DNA of 64,000 nt from the human T2T-CHM13v2.0 reference genome, Homo sapiens. The stretch lies in NCBI RefSeq assembly GCF_009914755.1, contig NC_060932.1. One strand, written 5' to 3'. A program made the position numbers and the translations under genes. A model generated the notes under the pieces. It saw only the letters and a list, made by a program, of their open reading frames with translations. It ran no database searches and was not told where the DNA came from. This document shows positions 26,743-42,000 of the stretch, one piece after another. Position 1 is the stretch's first letter; each line of letters starts with the position of its first letter.

Positions 26743-27754
26743 CGACCTGGGTCACTTATTTACTGCACCAAGCTGGCCCCTACAGGCAATGGGACTTAAG
26801 GTCCTTTGTCTAAATTTGTGTATATTTAGCACTCTATGCCAATTGTATTTTTGTTGTTGTTGTTGTATTTATTATTAGTCCATGACCTTTCGATATAAAA
26901 AGTTGTATACAGAATATTGTGTACAATATTCTTCTCTATATATGCATTGGCTCTATGAGCAAAATAAGATACAGGTCTTCCTTTTTAGAAGGCTACCTTA
27001 CAAATGAAGAGACCAGCACATCACCAAGTACACGGGCCAGAGTCTAATCTGGGTGGTAAATTCTTTCTTTCCATGGTTCATTAGTAAAGAATGAGTTATT
27101 GTGCATAGCCCTGCCTAGAGACGCTGAGTAAAGTGTTTCCCTTGTCCCCTGAAGGAATTAATGTGCCTTTGTTTATGAAAACCTAACCTTAAAAAGGCAA
27201 AGCTCTCAGCCACTCTATAGGAAAGAGGGATCAAGGCATTAATGAAGGTGAGGGGCGGGGGCTCAAATGCAGAGACAAACATACTTGCTAAGACGGTCAT
27301 AGGGTGGGAGCTGGAGGGGAGGGTGCCTGACGGCTGGACTTCAGCTCCCCGGTGGCTCTGAGGAGGCAGCAAGGGACATCCGGGGGCCTGTGTGGTTGCT
27401 TGGAGATGTGGGGATGTCCCAGGGGCTCTGTTACCAATGATCACCTAATGACACGGGTGGCTTCCTTTTAGAAACCCTTAGAACCCAGAGAAAGGAGGGA
27501 ATGCTTGAAATACTGAATATCCATCCACATGCATGGAGGACTCTTCACTTGGTTTAGATAATTTGCCTTAGAAAATTAAAGGAATACATTTCACGAGCCT
27601 TGCACCTCAATGGCTTGAAACAAACTCATACCTATTTCATTAGATTGCAAAACTATCACGGATGCTGTTATAGACATTGTTCAAAATATGCAGTATTCTC
27701 AAAGGAAAAACGAACCCACAGGAGGTGAAATTTCATTTGCATCGTTAGAAATGA

Positions 27755-31004
<3,250 letters not shown>

Positions 31005-31772
31005 AGAAATGATTGTCAAGTTTGAGATAGGAAAGTAGGTCGCTAGAGAGGCTATTTCAGTTAAAGGTTTCGGCATAAGCAAAGATCCCTAATTGTGAAA
31101 ATGACTATCTGGGGGGAAAGTGGAATGGAAAGTGAACGACCGACCACGGATCTCACTGGGAGACGTGGGGAATGAAGCCGGGAGGACTTGGGAGCAGAAT
31201 ACAAATGGCTGAGCCTATAAAGGTAGAAACGATGGGCTTCATTCATTCAGCCAATGCTGAGCCACCATCTTTCAAGGATACACAGCTCGTTGAGTGACTG
31301 AGCCCTTCTCCATCTGTGGTCTTGTCAACTATATGCAGCGTTGGTCATCCTTCATCTTTCATCAACATCCTTTATAACACATTAATGAAAGTGCCAGGGG
31401 CAGTCCTGACTCCAGTCATGGGTGATCCCAGGACTTGTACGATATCATGGCCGCTGAGAGAATCTCCCCAGTCTCTCGTTCCTGCTCACGCATCTTCTCC
31501 ATTGCAATAGCCAATTGCTCACTAACAACTCTAGGCTTTCACCAACATCACCAAGTTCGGCAATAGGAGATAAATTCTCTCTTGAAACCCTGATCTCAGG
31601 CCTTACTGAGTGGTCCAGGCCATATATCCATCCCTGAACCAGTCAGCACTGAATGAAGTGTGAGAATGAAACCTGAGTCTTGTCTTTAAGTGCAAGTAAC
31701 CTGTCAACCCCTCCAAACACATGAAGCCAGAGGGTGTCAGAGCGGTAGGAGGAATGGGAGCAAAGAAGAAAA

Positions 31773-32408
31773 ACACATGTGCATGCACACACACTCACAC
31801 TCTCACACACACATGCTCTCTCACTCACACACACACACTCACACACACATGGTCTCACACACATTCACATGCTGTCACACACACTCACATGCTCTCTCAC
31901 ACACATTTGCACTCACACACTCACATGCTCACACAGTCACACACACTCACATACTCTCCCATGCTCACACTCATATGCTCTCACACACATGCTCTCTCAT
32001 ACACTCACACACTCACACTCACATGCTCACACACACATGCTCTCACACACATGCTCTCTCACACTCACATGCTCTCTCACACTCACATGCTGTCTCACAC
32101 ACACACTCACACACATGCTCTCACACACACTCACACTCACACACATGCTCTCTCACACTCACACACACATACTCTCCCATGCTCTCTCACACACACATGC
32201 TCTCTCCTACACACACACTCACACTCACATGCTGTCTCTCACACACACACATGCTCTCTCACACACACATGCTGTCTCACACACACTCACATGCTCTCTC
32301 ACACACACTCATATGCTCTCTCTCACACACACATGCTCTCTCAACTCATTCACACATTCACACACACATGCTCTCTCACACACACTCACACACACACAGT
32401 CACACACA
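31773..32408. repeat. Complex (CA)/(CT)-rich repeat with recurring cacatgctct
   Basis: About 630 bp of low complexity; stop-free in three frames because of its composition. Confidence 0.93.
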
Positions 32409-35400
32409 AACATATTTCCACCAAAGAGGTATTTGTCAGTATGAGAATGGATTGTAAATTTGAGAAAAAATTAAAAAGCTAAGGGCTATAACTCAGGAAC
32501 GGCTCCCAACAGAGAGGGCAGAAAGAGTCTAAACAAGGGCTGAAAGACTGGGTACAAAACTAATGTAAAGGACTGTTTCAGCCTTAAGTATAACATTGCA
32601 TCCACCCTCCATCGTGGCCATGGGCCTGCAGCTGGATTAGAAACCATGATAGCTCTTGGCAGCGCGGATGACGTAAAAGGGACTACATCACCATGTCTGA
32701 TGCGTTCATTTATAAAACCATCTGAGAACTCTGGGGCATGTTCTTAATAAAGTTCAGAACTTTGTGACTTTTCTCTTTATCCCTGTAGGTCAGTTAATTC
32801 CAACAGATGCTAACAGGTAAGGATTGGATGTGGAGTTCTTAAGGATACATTTTTTATTTTATTACATTTAATCTAAAATTTAATTGAGATTACCAAGACA
32901 ATTGGGACTTTAAACTTAAGATCCTAGAAAATGGATGAAACTTGCTCACATTTTAATAGAAAACCAAATATTTCAGTCATTCATTTTAGGCTTTGACATT
33001 GTTTTTGATCTTAATGGACTCATGGAAAGTTTGTACAAGGTTTAAACCCAGGAGCTCTAAGTATACATTAAGTTGCATGTGGTGTTCCCTGTGTAACTGA
33101 ACTTGTCAAATGAGATCCACCCACTGCACACAAACAGGGAACAGTAGCACAATGGAAAATGATGTGCTTTTGCAAAAAATAAGGAGGTAGCACCTCATCT
33201 TGTTCCCACCTCCACCACTGGACAGTCAAAGAAGCTCAGTTTCATAGAGCAATCCCCAAAATGAATAACCACCTTAACTAGGAGAATTACGACAGCGGAA
33301 GTATTGTGTATTGATGTCGTCTTTCACTGTCATCATCCATCCCAATTATAAACCTTAGCCCACTGAATATTTCACACTGAAATTACTTCTGTAATTTATT
33401 GTCTCCTGTGGAAGGGCCAATAAAGGAGCTGAAAAATATTCTTCTTGTATTTGCCTTACACTGGGCAAGTCCACTAGCAAGGAACTTCTCTACCACATGT
33501 ACTGATTAAGACATTAGCATTTTTTCATCTTGATTAGAGAGAAGAAAGTTGCTTTAAAGCTTTTGCAGAAATATTGTTGCAGACCATCTAAGGCACAAAG
33601 CTTAAGGACCACATTCAGCTTAGAAATGGTGAGAAATGGTGACAAACTGGGGAGATAGGCAGCGTCCCATCTAACAGGTAAGGAGCAGCTGTGAGAAGCC
33701 CCAGTGAATCTTGTCCCCAGTAAGCTGAAAACCAGCACCTGATGGAACAGGAGGAGAGATCCAGCCCATTACGAGAGGGGTGGCAGCAGCTAGATGAGTC
33801 TTTGGGTCTCAGACAGAAAACATATTCATGAGTTGGATGTCCTTTTCCTTTTAAGATATACATTTATTCCATTTCTTGAGAAATTGCTAGGCAATTCACC
33901 AACTAATTCTTCACTGATTTATTCATTTTACTTAAGGTTAAATGATGTCAATTTTCCCCCGAGGTACTTAACTGCGGAAAATTCACCAAAGCTTTTAAGA
34001 TAGAGGTTGAAAAGGAACCGATGTGCTCTATGAAGTGCTAGAAAAGACTTCTTAAACTTCTAGATGTAGTTACCCAGTTTTGGAAAATAGGTTACAACTT
34101 GTGTATACAAACTTTACTAAGGATCATTTTAGGTTTCTTCCACTGGAAAACCAGAACAGAAAGCCATGCTTAATTATGCTTTCCATTTGATATTTATTGA
34201 ATGTTGTTTTTTTAAAATTTTAAAAGGAGCACATAAATGGGTCACCCAAGTGAGTGCCAAAGTGAGATTCTCTCCTTAACGATGTCTCTGTAAAGCTGAC
34301 CCGAAGAGATTGAGTGGGAAGGCTAGAGGCAGGAAGGAGATAAAGTGGTTCACTATCAAGAAAGAGGAAAGTGGACGTTATAAGGGGGCTCTGAAGTGGC
34401 AGAGACTTAAGGAACAATGCAGAAAGGACTTGGAGGTTAACCTGTCGTTAAGTACAGAATCCCTCTCAATCCATCACCTGGACAGCTGTAAATTTCCCAC
34501 AACAAGAGAGACGGGCATTTGGAAAACTTGCTGGAAGTGAAAACGCGACAGATGAAATTATTTTCTTGACCAAACAGAAAGTGTGAAGACTTTATTAAGA
34601 ACAAAATCTCAGATAAACTCCCAACAATTTGCATTGTCTTGTATTGGTGGTGGTGGAGGATTAATGAAGCCATCCACTTGTCTGTAGTAATAAAAGACTA
34701 TAACATTTCACCATTTTAACAGAGAAGCCAAAGAATGACCCCACCATACTCCTCATTTACAACAGGAAAAACTAGGATGCATGTAGAATTCATTCCTTGC
34801 TTCCGTCCCAAAACCCAATCAGCCAGAGGAGGCTGTTGCATTTCCAAGCACACTGCTGTTTCTTTGTTCAAGACTTAATAATTTATTATCTGGGTTAGGG
34901 CATCAGTTTCCCAGATGGCCTTCCTTCCTGGAGTCAGCTGGAAGTCCTGATCATACAAGAATCACCTTTGCCTGGCTTTCCTCATTCATCCATCACCACT
35001 CATCACTCATAGGTGACCATCAGCTATGTTGACCCACACGCAGGCACCTGGCTTTCCCCCCTCATCTACCACCACTCCTCACCCATAGGTAATTATCTGC
35101 TAAATTGAACATACAATTTCATCTTGAAGAGTAAAGAATTATTACAGAAATGCAATCTATCTCCATTCAGTCCCTGAAGCCAACATGTTTTTTTCCATGT
35201 TTGGCCTCTGGCTCATGTTACCTTTTTCTGCTCAGGATGTTCTATCTTTATCCCATTTTTTAGCTCACCATGTATTCCTTGTCATCTAAGATTCTGCTCA
35301 GACATTATCTCCTCAAGAAGCTTTCATAACCCACCTTCTCCCACATGCAAATCTCTATCCCCACTGCCTGGAATTGAACACCCTCCATGTCACATTACAA

Positions 35401-36074
35401 TATAATTTCAAGTATCAGTGACTAGCCTGGGCTTGAAGATTCTTGAGGACAGGATACAGCCTTATTCACCTTTATTTCCCTGCCAAATGGCTTGAGATAC
35501 AACTGTTGCTGAATTAATAAGAGAATGAGGTTACCTAAGGAAAGACAGAGCAAGTCAAACTAAGGAAGCTGAATTAACTTGAGACACATCTAAGTCCACT
35601 GAGCATTTTAAATTAAGGAGTAACATGGTAAACCTTGTTAGCAAGATGGGAGGTTCCCCATAAATTCTTTTGGAATTTAAGTCATTTAGAAATATCACTG
35701 CAAGAGTAAATTAGGGGAGAAAGGAAAAATTAGGAGGCTTTGCATTAATCCAAGCAGAAAATTTTGCATGTCTGAAGGCAGACAGCGGCAGCACAGACAC
35801 CCAAAAATTCTTGAAAACTGATTATATGCTAGAGATGAAGAAGAAAGTGTGGTGATGGCCAGGACTTTGACTTCAGGGACTGAATGGATATGGGTTCCAT
35901 TTCTGTAACAATTCTTTACTCTGCAAGACAAAACTATTTGTTCTTCTCGTTTGAGAACCTAGTTGGGTCCACTAAGAAGGGACATTTTAAATGAGAGATA
36001 TCCGAGCTTCATCTACTGCCTCTCTTCCATTGTTGTCTCAGATACCTTAAATAGAACCACAATTATTTTCACAG

Positions 36075-36780
36075 ATTCATTCATTCACCCATTCAACTGT
36101 TCATTTATTTTCAACAAATATTTATTAAATGCCTCTTTATGTGTGGAGTGGTGTTCGATTCAAGGCAGTGGGGATAAATAGTTTCTTCATGGAATTCCTA
36201 CCATGGTTTGGAAGATCAAAATGAGTACGATAAGTAAGTAAAATACACGATATGCCAGGTGGTGGTTTGTACAATGGAAGATAATTAAACCTGGGTGGAA
36301 TAAGGGTAATAAGTTGGGGGCACTTGTGGCCGTTGATTAGAGCGGCTTCCACCCCTATAGAGAGGTCATTGGAAGGCTCTCTGGTAACGTAGAGTTTCGC
36401 TAGATGCATGAAGGAATCTACGTGGTGATATGAAGGTACAGAGGCATCCACAGTGAAAAGCCCTTAAGCAGGAGGGGACGGGGACATGGGCTGCTCAAGG
36501 AGGAGCAGGCATGGACTAGACATTCAGGCCTGGGAAGTAGAGGGTGTACAGAACAGGATAGAGAGGTCAGAGGGGGATGGACATCTAATACAGAGAGCCA
36601 CATAGACCACGGTGAGGACATGGGCTTTTACACTGAGGTTTTAACCATGATCATGATAGGACAATACTCATTGCAAAATTGAGAGTAGATTAATGGGAAA
36701 GGAAGTGCACATGCAGGAAGAGCTGCTGGGAGGCTGCTCTAGCCATCCAGACAAAAGACGGTGGTGGCTTGGCCCAGGGA
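36075..36780 (-). mobile_element. LINE-2 3' end fragment
   Basis: attcattcattc...caacaaatatttattaaatgcct is the antisense L2 tail; further L2-like sequence to gggaggctgctctagccatccagacaaaagacggtggtggcttgg. Confidence 0.7.
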
Positions 36781-37189
36781 CATGTCAGGGGAGTGGATGC
36801 AGTAGGGTCCGATTTTTCGAGGTGGCTTACCCTCTTCACTGTGGCCACAAGGGTTTCCCACTCCAACAGCGTCCTGGCATCTCAGGGGACTCAGCGCTAC
36901 CAAAAAAGTATTCTCAGATGTGGGCAGCTGCCACATTGGTGCTTCTGTGGCACTGACTCTGCCATCTTGCTGAGGTCACCAGCCAGGGAAAGGTTCTTAG
37001 GGGAACTCTAGGTCTGGAGGCAGCTTTCCCTGCATCATCCCGGTCAAGATGTGATGACCTCCAGGAATTCGCAGTCCTGAGTCAATCCACAGTCCTCTGG
37101 TGAAGGGGAAGCTGGCAGGTCTGAGGGGAGTGCTGGGGTCATCATGCAAGTCCATCCTGTGAACCCTCCTCTGAAAGGTCACCACAGCC

Positions 37190-38330
37190 CTTTCTTAGGG
37201 TGAACCTGCCCTGGGGAATGGAAAATACCCAGACATTCCAGATCTGTTGGCGCTGACACTGACTTAATGGGAATGAATAGCCTCCAGAATATGCAGGGGT
37301 CACTGGCAAGAGTGGTCGAGCGTCTCTTCAGGGATCAGAGAGTTTGGGGCCTAAGCGCTCGCCCTAGGAACTCAGCAAACCATGGACACATCTTGCAGTG
37401 TCTTTCAAGTTCAGCATGCATCCATGGAGCAAACACAACCAGCAGTTGGCAGATACCATGCTGGCCTCTTAAAATCTGGCTATTGAAGCAAAGACTTGGA
37501 ACCAATCCAAATGCCCATCAATGATAGACTGGATACAGAAAATGTGGCACATATACACCATGGAATTCTATGCAGCCATAAAAAAGAATGAGCTCATGCC
37601 CTTTGCAGGGACATGGATGAAGCCAGAAACCATCATTCTCAGCAAACTAACACAGGAACAGAAAACCAAACACCTCATGTTCTCACATACGGAAGAACAC
37701 GTGAGAGTTGAACAATGAGATCACCTGGACACAGGGAGGGGAACATCACACACTGGGGCCTGTCGGGAGGTGTGATCAAGGGGAAGTAAAGTATTAGGAC
37801 AAACACCTAATGCAAGAGGAACTTAAAACCTAGATGATGGGTTGGTAGGTGCAGCAAACCATCCTGGCACATGTATACCTATGTAACAAACCTGCACATT
37901 TATCCCAGAACTTAAAAAAAAAATGGCTATTGAGTTAAGAGGTCCAAGTGGAAACCCCCGAAGCTCCCTCTCCCAGTCAAAATTGTAAACTAAAACCAAC
38001 ATGACATGGCCAAGGGGACTGCAGAGATTACTGCCACCATCAAAGTCACCCTGTATGCAGAGACTAGCAATCCTATTACACGCTCATTTAACCCTTTTGA
38101 TTGGCTGGTAAAAAAGACAGAAGTATCTTTGTGGAATTCAGTGTATTACACAATTATTGACTTCAGTTGCTTCTGTATTTCCAGATATTTTCTTCTATAC
38201 TAAAGCAAATCAGTGCATCTACATGTGTTATATATCACAGAGCTACTGATGCAGCCAGTACATCCCTCTGCTCCAATAAGCAGAGAAAGAGAGCTTGAAT
38301 TTTTATTTTAATGTTTTCTTTCACTTAGCA
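37190..38330 (+). mobile_element. ERVL-class internal (pro/pol) remnant, split by an L1 fragment
   Basis: ORF 38006-38203 (GTAEITATIK...PITRSFNPFDWLVKKTE..W) resembles the ERVL RT N-terminus (GIAEISATIK...PTTSPFNSPIWPVQKTDGSW); 37205-37265 resembles the protease region. Confidence 0.65.
37487..37923 (+). mobile_element. 5'-truncated L1PA7/8-like 3' fragment
   Basis: ORF2 C-terminus ([15 protein letters not shown]), 3' UTR and A-tail; TSD tggctattga at 37477-37486 and 37924-37933. Confidence 0.92.
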
Positions 38331-39006
38331 AGGATGGCAGTAGCTGGCTGTTACCTCAATGGTATAGGTAATTTTTTAATATGAGCTTCACAGCTGCTTC
38401 AAAATCTGAGTTTAAATGACTCTAGACTGAATATAACCTAATTATATCATGGTCTCTAAATTATTCTTGTAATACTTCATATTTTTGTCATCACAGTTGA
38501 AAGCAACTTTTCAAATAAAGGTCAATGGCTATGAAAGTGACTAGAATTTATAGGGAAGCATGCAGTGTGAAGTGTTTCGGTGAGGCTGGTGGCCTAATGA
38601 CCTTAACATTTCTACTAAGATAGATACAATTACTGGCTTACTTTCACTAGTTTCTATCTAGTATATAATTGTCTGAAGAGTGTTTTTTCATTACTTTCAA
38701 AAGAGAAAAAAATGCTTCTCAGAGTAAGTTTCTATGTTTTTGATGAATAACTTTATCACACTCGAGATGGAAATATTATCTCTTCACAGCTTGTCTAATG
38801 GGCTGTAAAAATGCTAAACTAATAACTTATTTGGAGCACAGTATATAGGATTAATTTTTTTCTCTCCAAAACAAAGTGTATTGTCAAGGCATAATTTTTT
38901 TCACAAACTAATCAATTTTTGACCCTAAAAATGTCTACATTTAAAGTCCCAAAGCACCAATACTGCCAAGATTGTAGACCAACAAATGACAGTTTCCATA
39001 TATTTT

Positions 39007-42000
39007 TAGTTTTTTTAATTATACTTTAAGTTCTGGGATACATGTGCACAACATGCAGGTTTGTTACATAGGTATACACTTGCCATGGTGGTTTGCTGCA
39101 CCCTTCAACCAGTCATGTACGTTAGGCATTTCTCCTAATGCTATTCCTCCCCTTGTCCCCCACTACCCGACAGGCCCCCGTGTATGATGTTTCCCCCATG
39201 CCCATATGTTATCGTTGTTCAGTGTTTACTGACGAGTGAGAACATGCAGTGTTTGGTTTCCTGTTCCCGTGTTAGTTTGCTGAGAATGATGGTTTCCAAC
39301 TTCATCCATGTCCCTGCAAAGGACATGAACTCATTCTTTTTTGTTTTTGTTTTTGTGTTTTTGAGATGGTGCCTCGCTCTGTCACCAGGCTGGTATGCAT
39401 TGTCACAGTCTCGGCTCACTGCAACCTCCACCTCCCGGATCCAAGCGATTCTGTTCCCTCAGCCTCCAGAGTAGCTAGGACTACAGGAATGCGCCACAAC
39501 ACCCAGCTAAGTTTTGAATTTTTTAGTAGAGATGGGGTTTTACCAGGCTGGCCAGATTGGTGTCAATCTCTTGACCTCATGATCTGCCCACCTTGGCATC
39601 CCATAGTGCTGGGATTATAGGAGTGAGCCACAGCATCTGGCCGAACTCATTCTTTTTTATGGCTGCATAGTATTCCATGGTGTATATGTGCCACATTTTC
39701 TTTATCCAGCCTAGCACTGATGGGCATGTGGGTTGGTTCCAAGTCTTTGCTATTGTAAATAGTGCTACAATAAACATATGTGTGAATGTGTTTTTATAGT
39801 AGAATGATTTATGATCTTTTGGGTATACGCTCAGTAATGGGATTGCTGGGTTAAATGGTATTCCTAGTTCTCTATCTTTGAGGAATCGCCACACTGTCTT
39901 CCGCAATGGTTGAACTAATTTACACTGCCACCAACAGTGTAAAAGCGTTCCTATTTCTCCACATCCTCTCCAGCATCTGTTGTTTCCTGACTTTTTAATG
40001 ATCGCCATTCTAACTGGCATGAGATGTGGTTTTGATTTGCATTTCTCTAACGACCAGTGATGATGAGCTTTTTTTTCATATGTTTTGGCCGCATAAATGT
40101 CTTCTTTTGAGAAGTGTCTGTTCATACCCTTTGCCCACTTTTTGATGTTTTTTTTTATTCCTGTACATTTGTTTAAGTTCCTTGTAGATTCTTGATATTA
40201 GCCCTTTGTCAGATGGATAGATTGCAAAAATTTCTCCCATTCTGTGGGTTGCCTATTCACTCTGATGATAGTTTCTTGGCTGTGCAGAAGCTTTTTAGTT
40301 TAATTAGATCCCATTTGTCAGTTTTGGCTTTTGTTGCCATTGCTTTTGGAGTTCTAGTCATGAAGTCTTTGCCCATGCCTATGTCCTGAATGGTATTGCC
40401 TAGGTTTTCTTCTAGGGATTTTATGGTTTGAGGTCCTAAGTTTAAATCTTTAATCCATCTTGAGTTAATTTTCGTATAAGGTGTAAGAAAGGGGTCCAGT
40501 TTTGGTTTTCTGCATATGGCCAGCCAGTTTTCCCTACACCATTTGTTAAATAGGGAATCCTTTCCCCATTGCTTGTTTTTCTCAGGTTTGTCAAAGATCA
40601 GATGGTTGTAGATTTGTGGTGTTGTTTCTGAGGCCTCTGTTCTGTTCCGTAGGTCTATATATCTGTTTCGGTACCAGTACCATGCTGTTTTGGTTACTGT
40701 AGCCTTGTAGTACAGTTTGAAGTCAGGTGGCGTGACGACTCCAGCTTTGTTATTTTTGCTTAGGATTGTCTTGGCTATACAGGCTCTTTTTTGGTTCCAT
40801 ATGAAATTTAAAGTAGTTTTTTCTAATTCTGTGAAGAAAATCCATGGTAGCTTGATGGGAATAGCATTGAGTCTATAAATTACTTTGGGCAGTATGGCCA
40901 CTTTCATGATATTGATTCTTCCTATCCACGAGCATGGAATGTTTTCCCATTTGTTTGTGTCCTCTCTTATTTCCTTGAGCAGTGGTGTGTAGTTCTCCTT
41001 GAAGAGGTCCTTCATATCCCTTGTAAGTTGTATTCCTAGGTATTTTATTCTCTTTGTAGCAATTGTGAATGGGAATTTGCTCATGATTCGGATCTCTGAC
41101 TATTATTAGTGTATAGGAATGCTTGTGATTTTTGAACATTGATTTTGTATCCTGAGACTTTGCTGAAGTGGTTTATCAGCTTAAGGAGTTTTTGGGCTGA
41201 GATGATGGGGTTTTCTAAATATACAATCATGTCATCTGCAAACAGACATAATTTGACTTCCTCACTTCCTATTCGAATACCCTTTATTTCTTTCTCTTGC
41301 CTGACTGCCCTGGCCAGAACTTCCAATACTGTGTTGAATAGGAGTGGTGACAAGGCACATCCTTGTCTTGTGCCGGTTTTCAAAGGGAATGCTTCCAGCT
41401 TTTGCCCATTCAGTATGATATTGGCTGTGGGTTTGTCATAAATAGCTCTTATTATTTTGAGATACGTTCCATCAATACCTAGTTTATTGAGTGTTTTTAG
41501 CATGAAGGGGTGTTAAACGTTATCAAAGGCCTTTTCTGCCTCTATTGAGATAATCATGTGGTTTTTGTCATTGCTTCTGTTTATGTGATGGATTACGTTT
41601 ATTGATTTGCGTATGTTTAACCAGCCTTGCATCCCGGGAATGAAGCCAGTTTGATTGTGGTGCATAAGCTTTTTGATGTGCTGCTGGATTCGGTTTGCCA
41701 GTATCTTATTGAGTATTTTTGCATTGATGTTTATCGGGGATATAGGCCTGAAATTTTCTTTTTTTGTTGTGTCTCTGCCAGGTTTTGGTATCAGGATGAT
41801 GCTGGCCTCATAAAATGAGTTAGGGAGGAGTCTTTCTTTTTCTATTGTTTGGAATAGTTTCAGAAGGAATGGTACCAGCTCCTTTTTGTACCTCTGGTAA
41901 AATTCGGCTGTGAATCCATCTGGTCCAGGGCTTTTTTGGGGTGGTAGACTATTAATTACTGCCTCAATTTCAAAACTTGTTATTGGTCTATTCAGGGATT

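Noticed and set aside
31690-32482. Three overlapping 221-255 aa His/Thr/Ser-rich ORFs
   Set aside because: Translations of a CA/CT repeat that rarely generates stop codons; no evidence of a real gene.
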